Sequence record: PV785814.1
Strand: one strand, 5' to 3'
Length of the DNA stretch: 64,000 nt
Below, one piece after another: positions 18,777 through 28,534 of the stretch. The notes beneath the pieces are model-generated. The model did not search any database. It was not told where the DNA came from and saw only the letters and a list, made by a program, of their open reading frames with translations. Each line of letters begins with the position of its first letter. Position 1 is the stretch's first letter. A program made the position numbers and the translations under genes.

Positions 18777-20852
18777 ATGATTATCCATACCCCTGATAGT
18801 ACCGTACAAACGTCTGGTAAGATGCGTACGGCTGGCTTTAATATGAAAGCAAGTGCAAAAGGCTTTCGTATTATCTCGACTACGCTTTACAAAGATCCAA
18901 TTCTAGCTATCGTGCGTGAGCTTACGTGTAATGGTTGGGATGCACATCAAATGAACAAAAATCTCGGTAAAGCGATTGAAGTTCACTTGCCAAACCAATT
19001 TGAACCGTGGTTCAGCGTGAAAGACTTTGGTTGTGGCATGAGCGACGACGAGATCTTTGGCGTGTATACGACTGTGTTTGATTCAACTAAAGACGACTCA
19101 AACGACGTGATTGGTGCAATGGGTCTAGGTTCAAAGACGCCATTCAGCTACAACAACGGTCAATCGTTTACTGTTAAGTCAACGAAGAACGGTTTGAAAG
19201 CTGTTTACTCTGCGTATCTTGATAAAGGTGAGCCTGCGATCACTTGTATGTCAGAACCTGCACCGACTGATGAACCAGACGGCGTTGAAGTAATCGTGCC
19301 AGTGCGTAAAGAAGACTTCAGTCGCTTCAAAGACGCTGCAAACCGAGTAATGCCTTACTTCAAATCACCTGCTGTTGAGACGAATATGACTCTACCAGAG
19401 CGTAAATTCACTCAAATGGCTGGTTATTTCACAGAAACGAACAAAAACTCTTGGCGTTCTGGTGATGTGTATGCAGTGATGGGCAATGTTTGCTACCCGT
19501 TGAGTGAAAGCTACATCAAAGACATTCAGCTTGTTCGTAGCTACTTCAAGAACTCTGACTTGTTCATTGAGTTCCCGATTGGTGAGCTAGATGTCAGTGC
19601 ATCACGTGAAGAGCTTCACTACGATGACTACACGATTGAGAACATCAACAAGCGCGTGAACGTTATCAATGGTAAGTTTCTTGATGAAGCACAGAAGTGG
19701 GTTGATGATCAGAAGTTCAAGCACATCGGTGATGCATTCCGTGCGTGTGACAATCGCTTCAACGATGCTATCTTGAAGAAGATGACATTCGACGGTCAAC
19801 CAGTTCTGTCGTATTCAAACGATATGCTGAAAGACTTCGCCATTCTTGGTAAAGTTGTTCAGCTACGCCCTGAACACAGCAACAAAGAAGGTGTTCAGCG
19901 TCGTACTAACTTCTCACGCCCGTACGATCTTGTGAATCCACGCAGTGAGTACGAGAAAAAGCCGATTTACATCATCGTTGATGACATGAAATCTGGTGGC
20001 GTAGGTATCGCGAAAGAATACGTACGTGAAGAGTCGAAAGTGGTGTTCTATCATCACGACGATAAGCCGTCAACGACTGCTGCACTACCGTTCTTCAAAG
20101 AACGTCTGCGTGACTGTGAATACAAAGTGCTGAAGACATCTGACTTGAAAGCGAACTACACGCCGAAGAAAAAGACTGTCGCTAAAAAGCCAGTATCACC
20201 AACGATTCGCTTGTACGAAATGCGCATTGACGAAAACAATCGCCGTACAGTGGCTGCGTCTGACGTTAAGCGTGAAGTATTGAAGAACGACAAGCTATAT
20301 TTCGTGAGTCTGTTCCGTGATTACGTTGAGAAAGTGCCAGAATGTGGTCATGGTGAAGATTATCATCGTTCACTTGGTACAATCGAACTGATCATGCGCA
20401 TCAAAGGCATTGATGTTGTGTATATTGCTCGTCGTCCTGAGTATGTACACATCAAAGAAAACGAAAACGCGATTAATATCTTCGATATTAAGTTTAACAA
20501 GCGTGAATTGCGTAGTAAAATCAACTGGAAATCGTATGCAGTTGACAACAATCTCTACGGTTGGCGCAGTAAGCTTGAAAACACGTGGGCTAACTCAACT
20601 GTTCGTGAACACTTTGGTTACCCGAACACTGGTGGCGCTGAAGCATGTGTACAAACAATTGATCGTCTGTGTAACAACTTCTCAGTTGTTCGCGACGTAC
20701 GTACGGCTGAAGTCGAGAAACACTTGAATAAACTAACGTCGATTCAAGAAACACCGAAATACAATTTGCTGTTCAAACTCGTCGATAATTGCACCGACGA
20801 CGACGCAGCTAAACAACTAATTAATCTCTTGAGAGGAAAACGCAATGGTTAA
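18777..20852 (+). CDS. rIIA: rIIA protein
   Basis: N-terminal GHKL-type ATPase (LYKDPILAIVRELTCNGWDAH, VKDFGCGMS, GAMGLGSKTPFSY); directly upstream of rIIB. Confidence 0.9.
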   Translation: MIIHTPDSTVQTSGKMRTAGFNMKASAKGFRIISTTLYKDPILAIVRELTCNGWDAHQMNKNLGKAIEVHLPNQFEPWFSVKDFGCGMSDDEIFGVYTTVFDSTKDDSNDVIGAMGLGSKTPFSYNNGQSFTVKSTKNGLKAVYSAYLDKGEPAITCMSEPAPTDEPDGVEVIVPVRKEDFSRFKDAANRVMPYFKSPAVETNMTLPERKFTQMAGYFTETNKNSWRSGDVYAVMGNVCYPLSESYIKDIQLVRSYFKNSDLFIEFPIGELDVSASREELHYDDYTIENINKRVNVINGKFLDEAQKWVDDQKFKHIGDAFRACDNRFNDAILKKMTFDGQPVLSYSNDMLKDFAILGKVVQLRPEHSNKEGVQRRTNFSRPYDLVNPRSEYEKKPIYIIVDDMKSGGVGIAKEYVREESKVVFYHHDDKPSTTAALPFFKERLRDCEYKVLKTSDLKANYTPKKKTVAKKPVSPTIRLYEMRIDENNRRTVAASDVKREVLKNDKLYFVSLFRDYVEKVPECGHGEDYHRSLGTIELIMRIKGIDVVYIARRPEYVHIKENENAINIFDIKFNKRELRSKINWKSYAVDNNLYGWRSKLENTWANSTVREHFGYPNTGGAEACVQTIDRLCNNFSVVRDVRTAEVEKHLNKLTSIQETPKYNLLFKLVDNCTDDDAAKQLINLLRGKRNG

Positions 20853-21888
20853 TTTGCCAATCGAAACAAAACAGTCTATCGTTAAAGCATCTGCTAACGG
20901 TATGACACAGAAAGACAACGCGGCGAAGCATGGTACTTCGCCAACTACTCTGCGCCGTGTGCTTGCTGAACACCGTGAAGGCAAATTTAGTCTGAACACT
21001 GCGAAACAAATCGTTAAGCGACCTGCAAAAGTTAAGTCACTTTCGACTGACTTCAAAGCTAATCTAGACGAATTGCTAGACGCTACTGGCACTAAAACTG
21101 AGCCAACTCAGAAGATGAAAGCGCCTGAGCCTGAAAAGACTCTTGATCAGAAGCTAGAAGAAGCGATTGAAGACTTCGCTTACGTGATTACGCCAGTCAA
21201 CGTGTCGTTTACCTTTAAAGGTCAAGCGTTCTCTGCTGACATTACAGCACCGAACTACAGCAAAATCGTTGCTGCATTGCTTGAGTCTGACGGTGAACTT
21301 GCAGTGTCATTGCTTGATGTTGCTAAAGGCATCGAAGAGTTCATGCTAGGCAACGTAGTTGTCAAGGGTGGCGTTGTTAAGTATCGTGATCTTGACATCG
21401 ACGGTGGCATGACTGACCGCATTCTTGAAGCAATGGAAGAAGGCGACAAGTCTCAAGTGACCAAGCTAGTGAAGTTCTTCGAGAACCTAATCACTAACCC
21501 GTCACGTCGCGCTGTAGAAGAGCTTTACGGCTTCTTAGAAGCTGCTGACATCGAACTAACAGACGATGGTCACTTCTTAGCGTACAAGAAGATTCGCGAC
21601 AACTACAACGACATTCACAGCAATAGCATGAGCAACAAGCCGGGTACTCGCGTGTGGATGCTACGTCACCAAGTGAACGACAACAAAGATCAGACTTGTT
21701 CTGCGGGTCTGCATGTATGTTCGAAAGGTTACTTGCCACACTTCGGTGGTGCTGCTGGTAATCGCGTTGTACTGTGTAAAGTCAACCCACGTGATGTTGT
21801 GTCTGTACCAAGTGACTACAACAATACTAAGTTGCGCTGTAGCGAATACCTAGTTCTGAAAGAGCTAGACAAAAATACTTTGAAATAA
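20845..21888 (+). CDS. rIIB: rIIB protein
   Basis: N-terminal HTH-like segment, C-terminal QTCSAGLHVCS..Y..VKVNP.DVVSVP.DYN..KLRCSEY. Confidence 0.9.
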   Translation: MVNLPIETKQSIVKASANGMTQKDNAAKHGTSPTTLRRVLAEHREGKFSLNTAKQIVKRPAKVKSLSTDFKANLDELLDATGTKTEPTQKMKAPEPEKTLDQKLEEAIEDFAYVITPVNVSFTFKGQAFSADITAPNYSKIVAALLESDGELAVSLLDVAKGIEEFMLGNVVVKGGVVKYRDLDIDGGMTDRILEAMEEGDKSQVTKLVKFFENLITNPSRRAVEELYGFLEAADIELTDDGHFLAYKKIRDNYNDIHSNSMSNKPGTRVWMLRHQVNDNKDQTCSAGLHVCSKGYLPHFGGAAGNRVVLCKVNPRDVVSVPSDYNNTKLRCSEYLVLKELDKNTLK

Positions 21889-21896
21889 GTTTGATG

Positions 21897-21972
21897 AAAG
21901 GGTTGACTTCGGTCAGCCCTTTCGCGTATTATAGCTTCATCGAAACGAAACACACAAAGAGAGAACACTATG
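21897..21972 (+). promoter_or_regulatory. Terminator-hairpin/early-promoter composite element, copy 1
   Basis: AAAGGGTTGAC-TTCG-GTCAGCCCTTT containing -35 TTGACT; -10 TATTAT(21927-32); ATCGAAACGA leader. Confidence 0.85.
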
Positions 21973-22317
21973 AACGCAACTGACCTACGCACTGTCGAAA
22001 TTCTAGTAGAACAGAAAGATGCAGCTATCGTTAACCAACAAGAGTATCGCAATGCATTTGCATTCGCTTACGGCTGCATGACTGGCGTTCAACGTCAAGT
22101 ATTTCGTGACTATCACATGAACGTGCTAGTAGAACGATTTGACATCGAGTACTGTCAATCAAATCAAGTTATTCTGCCGTATGGTGAATTGAAATCATCA
22201 ATCAAATTCATCAAAGATTCACTGAGCGAGATTGACTACGCAGAACTAAAATCTGACTTTCAATTCAACATCTACGTGCCAGAGGAACAAAATGAAACGA
22301 TTGAAGAAACACATTAA
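21970..22317 (+). CDS. Hypothetical early protein
   Basis: First ORF behind the composite promoter. Confidence 0.75.
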   Translation: MNATDLRTVEILVEQKDAAIVNQQEYRNAFAFAYGCMTGVQRQVFRDYHMNVLVERFDIEYCQSNQVILPYGELKSSIKFIKDSLSEIDYAELKSDFQFNIYVPEEQNETIEETH

Positions 22318-22957
22318 GTCATACGACGAACACGGTGTTGTGCAGTATAATATGCTGCTAATATTCTCTTTGATTATAGCAGTGTCTATGTCAATAGCAT
22401 TAGTAGCATCAAATATTCTGTTTGCATTCGAAGTGAATGACGTGACTGCCAACATCAAAACGCCAGGTGATGCATTCTGGACTGTATGGATGGCTATGAG
22501 CACAATCGGTTTTGGTGATCACTACCCTGTTACTACTGGTGGTCGAATCGTGATTGGCTCGATGTTTGTTGTCGGTGCGTCTCTGATTGGTATGAATATC
22601 GGTATTGCTAATGCTTGGATGTCGTCTAAGTTCGACAAGAGCATTCAGAATCGCGTGTTGAAGACACAAGGTGACGCTTCATTTCAGAAGCTTGACCGTA
22701 TCGAGAAGTTTCTTGGTATTGATCAGACTGTTGTCTTCAGCGAAGAAGCTCACGGTATTGATCAGCAAATCGAGCAGAAGATGGACACTAATGGTGACAT
22801 GGAATGCATCATCACGTTTGGTAAAGATGATAGCGGTCGCTATGTAGTTGCAATCAATGAGCGCAACGTCGAAACGGATGTAGCTGCACTTCGTTGGCAT
22901 ACTTTCTTACATAAGCCAGAAGCAAAAGCATTTTACGATAACTTTAAAGGTGTATAA
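22292..22957 (+). CDS. Two-TM potassium channel (KcsA-like pore) with cytoplasmic C-terminal extension
   Basis: TM - GDAFWTVWMAMSTIGFGDHYPVTTGGR (K+ selectivity filter TxGxG) - TM. Confidence 0.88.
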   Translation: MKRLKKHIKSYDEHGVVQYNMLLIFSLIIAVSMSIALVASNILFAFEVNDVTANIKTPGDAFWTVWMAMSTIGFGDHYPVTTGGRIVIGSMFVVGASLIGMNIGIANAWMSSKFDKSIQNRVLKTQGDASFQKLDRIEKFLGIDQTVVFSEEAHGIDQQIEQKMDTNGDMECIITFGKDDSGRYVVAINERNVETDVAALRWHTFLHKPEAKAFYDNFKGV

Positions 22958-23528
22958 AATGAAAATTCGCACAATCGCAATCGTTAGTATGATTGCAGTA
23001 CTTGCGGGCTGTGATAATGGCTCTGCTACTCTAGACACAAACGCATACTATGCCGAGCAAGGTCAGTCGTTAATGCAAGCGCCAACGGTAGATGACTTTC
23101 CGCCAGTGAATGATGTACAAGAAGTTGTACAACAACCTGTACAACAAGCGCCAGTTGTCATTCATCAATCTGAAGATGAGGGATTCGATTGGGGTGCGGC
23201 TGCAATTGGTTTTGTAGCGGCAGAGATTGTTGATGATGTCTTTGATTCTGGCAAAAAGAACTACATTGCACCGACTCAAGCGCCAATTATCAACAAAGTG
23301 ACACCGTATCAGACAAAAACTGCGCCTGTAATCAAGAAAGTAGAGCCAGTAGCTCCCGTGAAGCCTGTTGAAGTGAAGAAAGTAGAGCCGAAAAAGTCTA
23401 CTGAGTTGAAGAACAAGAAGCCTACTACAATCAAGAAAGTAGAAAAGCCGAAGAAAGTTCTGTCTAAGCCAAAGCCTAAGAAGAAATCGAGTGGGTTTAA
23501 GGTGAAGTTTGGTAAGAAGAGACGATGA
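22950..23528 (+). CDS. Lipoprotein with Lys/Pro-rich C-terminal tail
   Basis: Signal peptide ending in lipobox LAG-C. Confidence 0.7.
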   Translation: MYKMKIRTIAIVSMIAVLAGCDNGSATLDTNAYYAEQGQSLMQAPTVDDFPPVNDVQEVVQQPVQQAPVVIHQSEDEGFDWGAAAIGFVAAEIVDDVFDSGKKNYIAPTQAPIINKVTPYQTKTAPVIKKVEPVAPVKPVEVKKVEPKKSTELKNKKPTTIKKVEKPKKVLSKPKPKKKSSGFKVKFGKKRR

Positions 23529-23651
23529 GAAAAGGGGCAGAAATGCCCCTTTGAAATTAAAAAGCGAGGGAGGCGACTATAGTAGAACCAATACTCGCAG
23601 TGACCAATGCGATAACATAGTCACATCCCTCGAAACTGTAAAAAATGTTTC
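23529..23651 (-). ncRNA. Candidate structured small RNA (three-way junction)
   Basis: CGAGGGA/TCCCTCG, GACTAT/ATAGTC, AGTA/TACT and CGCA/TGCG helices; TAAATA late-promoter core on - strand at 23662-23657; terminator downstream. Confidence 0.5.
23530..23552. terminator. Bidirectional intrinsic terminator
   Basis: AAAAGGGGCA-GAAA-TGCCCCTTT. Confidence 0.85.
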
Positions 23652-23716
23652 TATCTTATTTAGTGTTTTGTTACGTGTTGCATAGCAATTATCTCAATAA
23701 AAATCTGAAATAATTA

Positions 23717-23745
23717 TTGACTAAAGTGTAAAATATGCGTATCAT
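23717..23745 (+). promoter_or_regulatory. Early promoter
   Basis: TTGACT-17-TATCAT. Confidence 0.75.
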
Positions 23746-23794
23746 ACAGCATATAAAGACGAAACGTTCAAAAATCCAACAAAAGGTGTATAAA

Positions 23795-24211
23795 ATGACT
23801 CCAAAATCGTTAATTCGCGCCGCGAATACAGTAGTTTCTGAATTGCAAATCTTCAACGGCTCAGACAGCACAGTTGTTGTTGGCAGACCTGGGAGTGGTA
23901 AGAACGCTATGCTGATGGGAATGCTCGTTCAGCGTGGTGTGCGAGAAGGCACAATGATTGTTACTGAGCAACGTCACACTGAAATGGCAGCAAAACTAGG
24001 TGAGGGTTCACTCGTTATTCAAAGCGGGTTAGATCTTGAGTCTCTTATCTCTTCAGTTGCGTTTGCGTGTGCTCAAGAGCGTGAGCACATCTTTATTGAA
24101 CACGTTACGCCAATTCTAGGTCACAATATTGTTGAGATTCTAGAATCAATCGCTAAACCATTTGGCAAGCGTATCTACGTTGCCATGCAAGCATCACGAG
24201 GTAGTCTATGA
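23795..24211 (+). CDS. Small P-loop-containing protein (possibly degenerate ATPase)
   Basis: VVVGRPGSGKN Walker A-like motif. Confidence 0.55.
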   Translation: MTPKSLIRAANTVVSELQIFNGSDSTVVVGRPGSGKNAMLMGMLVQRGVREGTMIVTEQRHTEMAAKLGEGSLVIQSGLDLESLISSVAFACAQEREHIFIEHVTPILGHNIVEILESIAKPFGKRIYVAMQASRGSL

Positions 24212-25248
24212 ATGTACTATACACGAGCCTATTCGGTTCAAAACTATATGGCACAGACACGCCAGAGTCAGATACTGATTACAAAGCTGTCTTCTTACCA
24301 GAATTGCGTACACTATTGCGTGGTGTTGCAATCAAGAACTCAGTTCATTCAACTGGTAAAGCGTTCTCAAAGAACGGCGCAGAAGATGAAGACTTCGAAT
24401 ACATCCCTGTTCAAGTGTTCATGCGTGACTTTCTAGGCGGTCAGTCGTATGCTATCGAGTTAGCATTCAACGCACTACAGAACCCTGATGACTGTCACCC
24501 TGCGTTCCATGCTATGTGTCAAGAGCTAACACGCAAATACTTGACATCAAACGTCAAAGCAATGACTGGTTATGCACTTAACCAAGCGCAGAAATACGGC
24601 ATCAAAGGCACACGACTAAACAGCCTAATGGAATTTGCACGTGCTGTAGAGACGCACAACGTCGATTCTAAAGCGAAGTTGGGTTCAAGCCCTGAGTTGT
24701 GTCAACGTCTATGGGAACTAAGCGCAGAAGACGCTCACGTGCGTTTTCAGTGGTATCACGGGCCCAAGACTACAGACGCAAGCGATTTGCAAGACCCTGC
24801 GTTCAGCGTGCTTGAAAAGGTATTCGGTCTTGAAATCTCATTTGAAGAAGCGGCTGGTCGTCTTGAGAAGATGATGAGCAAATATGGTGCGCGTTCGTAT
24901 CAAGCTCGTGCTGCTAGTGGTTCAGACTGGAAAGCGATCTCTCATGCTATGCGAGTAATCGATCAAGCAATCGACATCCTTGAAGTTGGTAAGCTTGAGT
25001 TCCCATTGAAGCACGCTGCATTCTATCGTGACGTTAAAATCGGTAAGTACACGTGGGAATACGTCTCTGAAGTGCTGCAAGAACGCCTTGAGAAGCTTGA
25101 AAATGCAAAAGCTACAACGTCACTTCCTAACCATACGCCAGATTTAGTAGCTCAATTCTACATGTGGTACGACGATTATCTTGACGAGTTCTATTTCCCG
25201 TGTGAAATGACCGAAGAAGAAGTGAAAGAAATGCTGGGTGCTTACTAG
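24208..25248 (+). CDS. Pol-beta-superfamily nucleotidyltransferase (T4 NrdC.11-like)
   Basis: LFGSKLYGTDTPESDTDYK (GS..DxD); DWKAISHAMRV in the C-terminal helical domain. Confidence 0.85.
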   Translation: MNVLYTSLFGSKLYGTDTPESDTDYKAVFLPELRTLLRGVAIKNSVHSTGKAFSKNGAEDEDFEYIPVQVFMRDFLGGQSYAIELAFNALQNPDDCHPAFHAMCQELTRKYLTSNVKAMTGYALNQAQKYGIKGTRLNSLMEFARAVETHNVDSKAKLGSSPELCQRLWELSAEDAHVRFQWYHGPKTTDASDLQDPAFSVLEKVFGLEISFEEAAGRLEKMMSKYGARSYQARAASGSDWKAISHAMRVIDQAIDILEVGKLEFPLKHAAFYRDVKIGKYTWEYVSEVLQERLEKLENAKATTSLPNHTPDLVAQFYMWYDDYLDEFYFPCEMTEEEVKEMLGAY

Positions 25249-25249
25249 T

Positions 25250-25257
25250 TATAAATA
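25250..25257 (+). promoter_or_regulatory. T4-type late promoter
   Basis: Perfect TATAAATA 25 bp upstream of ATG 25282. Confidence 0.85.
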
Positions 25258-25281
25258 CGATAAACAAACTAGGGAATTAAC

Positions 25282-25635
25282 ATGAAAACATTTAATCAAT
25301 TCATGATTGAGTCGTCGTACACATTCACACCAAAGAGCCAAGTTGATGAAATTCTTCTGAAGTCTGGTCAAGAAGTGTTTGGTCGCATGATTCAACCGAT
25401 GATGAGCAAAGTGTACGGGGATATTCAATTCACATTCCCAGTACCTAGCAACAAGAAAGCACCACGTGGCTGGTTTACTAAGCTTGTTAACAGCATTTCG
25501 AAGAATTCTGGCGTTACTGCTGATTACATCGACGAAAAACGCAAAGAAGCTGAGTTCACAATCGGTGATCAACGTATCGTTATCACTAAGACGATGACTG
25601 GTTCACCTGGCGGTTACATTCGCGAGAAGTTTTAA
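25282..25635 (+). CDS. Late protein, candidate capsid-internal protein
   Basis: Late promoter plus MKTFNQFMIE-S targeting-type N-terminus. Confidence 0.7.
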   Translation: MKTFNQFMIESSYTFTPKSQVDEILLKSGQEVFGRMIQPMMSKVYGDIQFTFPVPSNKKAPRGWFTKLVNSISKNSGVTADYIDEKRKEAEFTIGDQRIVITKTMTGSPGGYIREKF

Positions 25636-25647
25636 TAAGGAAAAACA

Positions 25648-25899
25648 ATGAAAGGTTTTAACGAATATCACAGCAAAGGTGAAGTTAAGCTTCAAGAAAC
25701 TGAACAAGAGTTTCATGAACGTGTTGTCAAGCACCGCAAAGTCGATAGCAAACAGTATCCAGATTTGTCACGTTCTGGTCTTGAGGGACCGTACACTGAC
25801 TTGAATGGTAAAGTTTACTACTACGACAAGCGCGAGGGTATGTATTACGACCCAGATACTGACATCTACATCACTGGTAAAGAACTACGTTTACCATAA
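25648..25899 (+). CDS. Late protein, candidate capsid-internal protein
   Basis: Same late unit; MKGFNEY..KLQE-T N-terminus; YYYDKREGMYYDPDTD. Confidence 0.6.
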   Translation: MKGFNEYHSKGEVKLQETEQEFHERVVKHRKVDSKQYPDLSRSGLEGPYTDLNGKVYYYDKREGMYYDPDTDIYITGKELRLP

Positions 25900-25902
25900 T
25901 AG

Positions 25903-25927
25903 AAAGCGCCAATCGGCGCTTTTTTTA
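25903..25927 (+). terminator. Intrinsic terminator closing the late unit
   Basis: AAAGCGCC-AATC-GGCGCTTT followed by T run. Confidence 0.85.
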
Positions 25928-25940
25928 TTTGTGAGGACAT

Positions 25941-26315
25941 ATGTTTAACCCAAGAGTACTCGTGTGCGGTGGGCGCAAATATAATAACAGAAAACTTGTT
26001 TATGCTGCACTCGATAAGCTATACAATAGCAATTATATAGGTCGCATGACTATTATCGAAGGCGGAGCATTGGGTGCTGATCGTCTTGCGCAAGATTGGG
26101 CGAATCAAGCGCATATCGACGTTGAGCTAATCACATGCGAAGCTGAATGGGAGAAGTATGGTGACTCTGCGGGCTATCGACGCAACACAGACATGGCTAA
26201 TCTCAAGCCAGACATTTGTTTGGCATTCAAAGGTGGGCGCGGCACTCAGAACATGGTTGATATATGTCGCGAACGTAATATCAAAGTACATTTATTAGAA
26301 TGGAAGTATCAATGA
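25941..26315 (+). CDS. SLOG-family (YspA/DUF2493-like) protein
   Basis: [36 protein letters not shown]. Confidence 0.85.
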   Translation: MFNPRVLVCGGRKYNNRKLVYAALDKLYNSNYIGRMTIIEGGALGADRLAQDWANQAHIDVELITCEAEWEKYGDSAGYRRNTDMANLKPDICLAFKGGRGTQNMVDICRERNIKVHLLEWKYQ

Positions 26316-26665
26316 AAGGTTATATTCTTTCACTGTCAGGTGAAAACTTTGCAATCATCACACGCGACGACGCGACTGGTCAAGTAATTGAATCGGGTAA
26401 GAGTGGTCTTGCAGTTGGTGACATTATCAAGCTCGATGAATCTCGCGTTGTTAAAGAGTTTGACATCGAAGTTCAGAAGATTGAGGGTGGTCAGCATCTT
26501 AACGTTAACGTGCTGAACCGTGACACGCTGTTAGAAGCACAAGCGCACCCAGAGAAGTATCCGCAGCTTACTATTCGAGTCAGCGGTTACGCTGTTCGCT
26601 TCAATGCACTGACTACAGAACAGCAAAACGATGTGATTGCTCGTACATTCACAGATTCAATTTAA
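26312..26665 (+). CDS. grcA: Autonomous glycyl radical cofactor
   Basis: [49 protein letters not shown]. Confidence 0.95.
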   Translation: MKGYILSLSGENFAIITRDDATGQVIESGKSGLAVGDIIKLDESRVVKEFDIEVQKIEGGQHLNVNVLNRDTLLEAQAHPEKYPQLTIRVSGYAVRFNALTTEQQNDVIARTFTDSI

Positions 26666-26687
26666 TAAGCAACGAGAGTAATACATA

Positions 26688-27953
26688 ATGGGTCTAACTA
26701 ACTGCCAACAAGGCGCAATGGACGCCTTTCTCAAATCTGATGGTCACATGACTATCTCTGGTCCCGCAGGCTCTGGTAAAACATTCTTGATGAAGTCGAT
26801 TCTTGAAGCTCTTGAGTCGAAAGGTCAGAATGTAGTCATGGTCACGCCAACGCACCAAGCAAAGAACGTACTACACAAAGCAACTGGTAAAGAAGTAACT
26901 ACCATTCACAGTCTGTTGAAGATTCACCCAGACACATACGAAGACCAAAAGCATTTCACTCAGTCTGGTGAAGTTGAAGGTCTAGACGAAATCGACGTGC
27001 TTGTTGTCGAAGAAGCAAGTATGGTTGATGATGAGCTATTCGGAATTACTGGTCGCACGATGCCACGCAAGTGTCGCATTCTAGCTGTTGGCGATAAGTA
27101 TCAGCTTCAGCCAGTTAAGCATGACCCAGGTGTTATCTCTCCGTTCTTCACTAAGTTCAAGACATTTGAAATGAATGAAGTCGTTCGTCAAGCGAAAGAC
27201 AACCCATTGATTCAAGTAGCAACTGAAGTGCGAAACGGTCAGTGGCTGCGTTCAAACTGGTCTAAAGAGCGTCGTCAAGGCGTATTACACGTGCCAAACG
27301 TAAGCAAAATGCTTGATACGTACTTGAGCAAAGTGAATTCACCTGAAGATCTGCTTGACTATCGCATTCTCGCGTACACAAATGACTGTGTTGATACATT
27401 CAACGGCATTATTCGTGAGCACGTATACAACACGACTGAGCCGTTTATTCCCGGTGAATATCTCGTGACGCAAATGCCAGTGATGGTATCAAACGGCAAA
27501 TATCCTGTTTGTGTCATTGAAAATGGTGAAGTTGTGAAGATCTTAGACGTTCGCCAGAAGACAATCGACGGCATGTTGCCTAAAGTAGACAACGAATCGT
27601 TTGATGTTGCTGTGCTGACTGTCGAGAAAGAAGATGGTAACGTGTATGAGTTTCATGTTCTGTGGGATGACCTACAAAAAGAACGTTTCGCACGCTATTT
27701 GTCGATTGCTGCTGGCACTTACAAGTCAATTCGTGGTAATACGAAGCGTTACTGGCGTGCATTCTGGGGTTTGAAAGAGCAAATGATTGAAACTAAGTCA
27801 CTTGGTGCGTCAACTGTTCACAAATCGCAAGGTACGACTGTTAAAGGCGTGTGTCTGTACACTCAAGACATGGGATACGCAGAGCCAGAAATTCTTCAGC
27901 AACTTGTGTACGTTGGTCTTACACGACCAACTGATTGGGCATTGTACAATTAA
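26688..27953 (+). CDS. dda: Dda-like SF1B DNA helicase
   Basis: GPAGSGKT, TPTHQAK, VEEASMV, GDKYQLQPV, TVHKSQG, YVGLTR. Confidence 0.93.
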   Translation: MGLTNCQQGAMDAFLKSDGHMTISGPAGSGKTFLMKSILEALESKGQNVVMVTPTHQAKNVLHKATGKEVTTIHSLLKIHPDTYEDQKHFTQSGEVEGLDEIDVLVVEEASMVDDELFGITGRTMPRKCRILAVGDKYQLQPVKHDPGVISPFFTKFKTFEMNEVVRQAKDNPLIQVATEVRNGQWLRSNWSKERRQGVLHVPNVSKMLDTYLSKVNSPEDLLDYRILAYTNDCVDTFNGIIREHVYNTTEPFIPGEYLVTQMPVMVSNGKYPVCVIENGEVVKILDVRQKTIDGMLPKVDNESFDVAVLTVEKEDGNVYEFHVLWDDLQKERFARYLSIAAGTYKSIRGNTKRYWRAFWGLKEQMIETKSLGASTVHKSQGTTVKGVCLYTQDMGYAEPEILQQLVYVGLTRPTDWALYN

Positions 27954-27966
27954 TTTCAAAAAGTAG

Positions 27967-27995
27967 TTGACAATGAGTGTGAGTGGCAGTAATAT
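27967..27995 (+). promoter_or_regulatory. Early promoter
   Basis: TTGACA-17-TAATAT. Confidence 0.75.
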
Positions 27996-28031
27996 GTCAC
28001 TCAACGCCTAACAAAACAAGAGAACAAAATC

Positions 28032-28534
28032 ATGAAACTACCAAAATTCAAAATGCCCAACTGGCTCGACAACACTGTGATTCTTGCTCAAGAAGCTAAG
28101 TCGCATCCTAAAATCACTGCTGCTGTTCTTGTTGCAACTCTGATGCTTGGTTATACTGCATACACTCGCGTTCCAGCAATTGCATCGTGTACGTGGACTG
28201 CGGTAGTCGATCAATCAGTGCCGTGGGACTTGTGGCGTCATAACATGTGGAACAACAACTGTCAATATTACAATGGCACACGTTGGATCGACTTGAAGAA
28301 AGTTATGGACGTTGGTGCTGGCGGCTCGAATGAGCTAGAAGAAATCGTACAATGATCGTAGCAACTGCTGAAGAAGTACAACAATATCTAGACAAAGCGC
28401 GTGCATGGTTATGCACGCCGTCTGGTGGCATGTTCAACGATTGTAAATCAGTTGCACGCTGTGCGTATGCTGAAGCACTTGCTAATATAGACGGCAAGAC
28501 TATCTACGATTTGAGACATGACAAAAATTCATAA
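28032..28534 (+). CDS. Two hypothetical proteins (28032-28355 membrane-anchored; 28352-28534)
   Basis: ORFs behind the promoter with ATGA overlap. Confidence 0.7.

Noticed and set aside
26312-26665. GrcA as a novel auxiliary metabolic gene
   Set aside because: Homologs are already well known in T4-like phages; listed as a feature only
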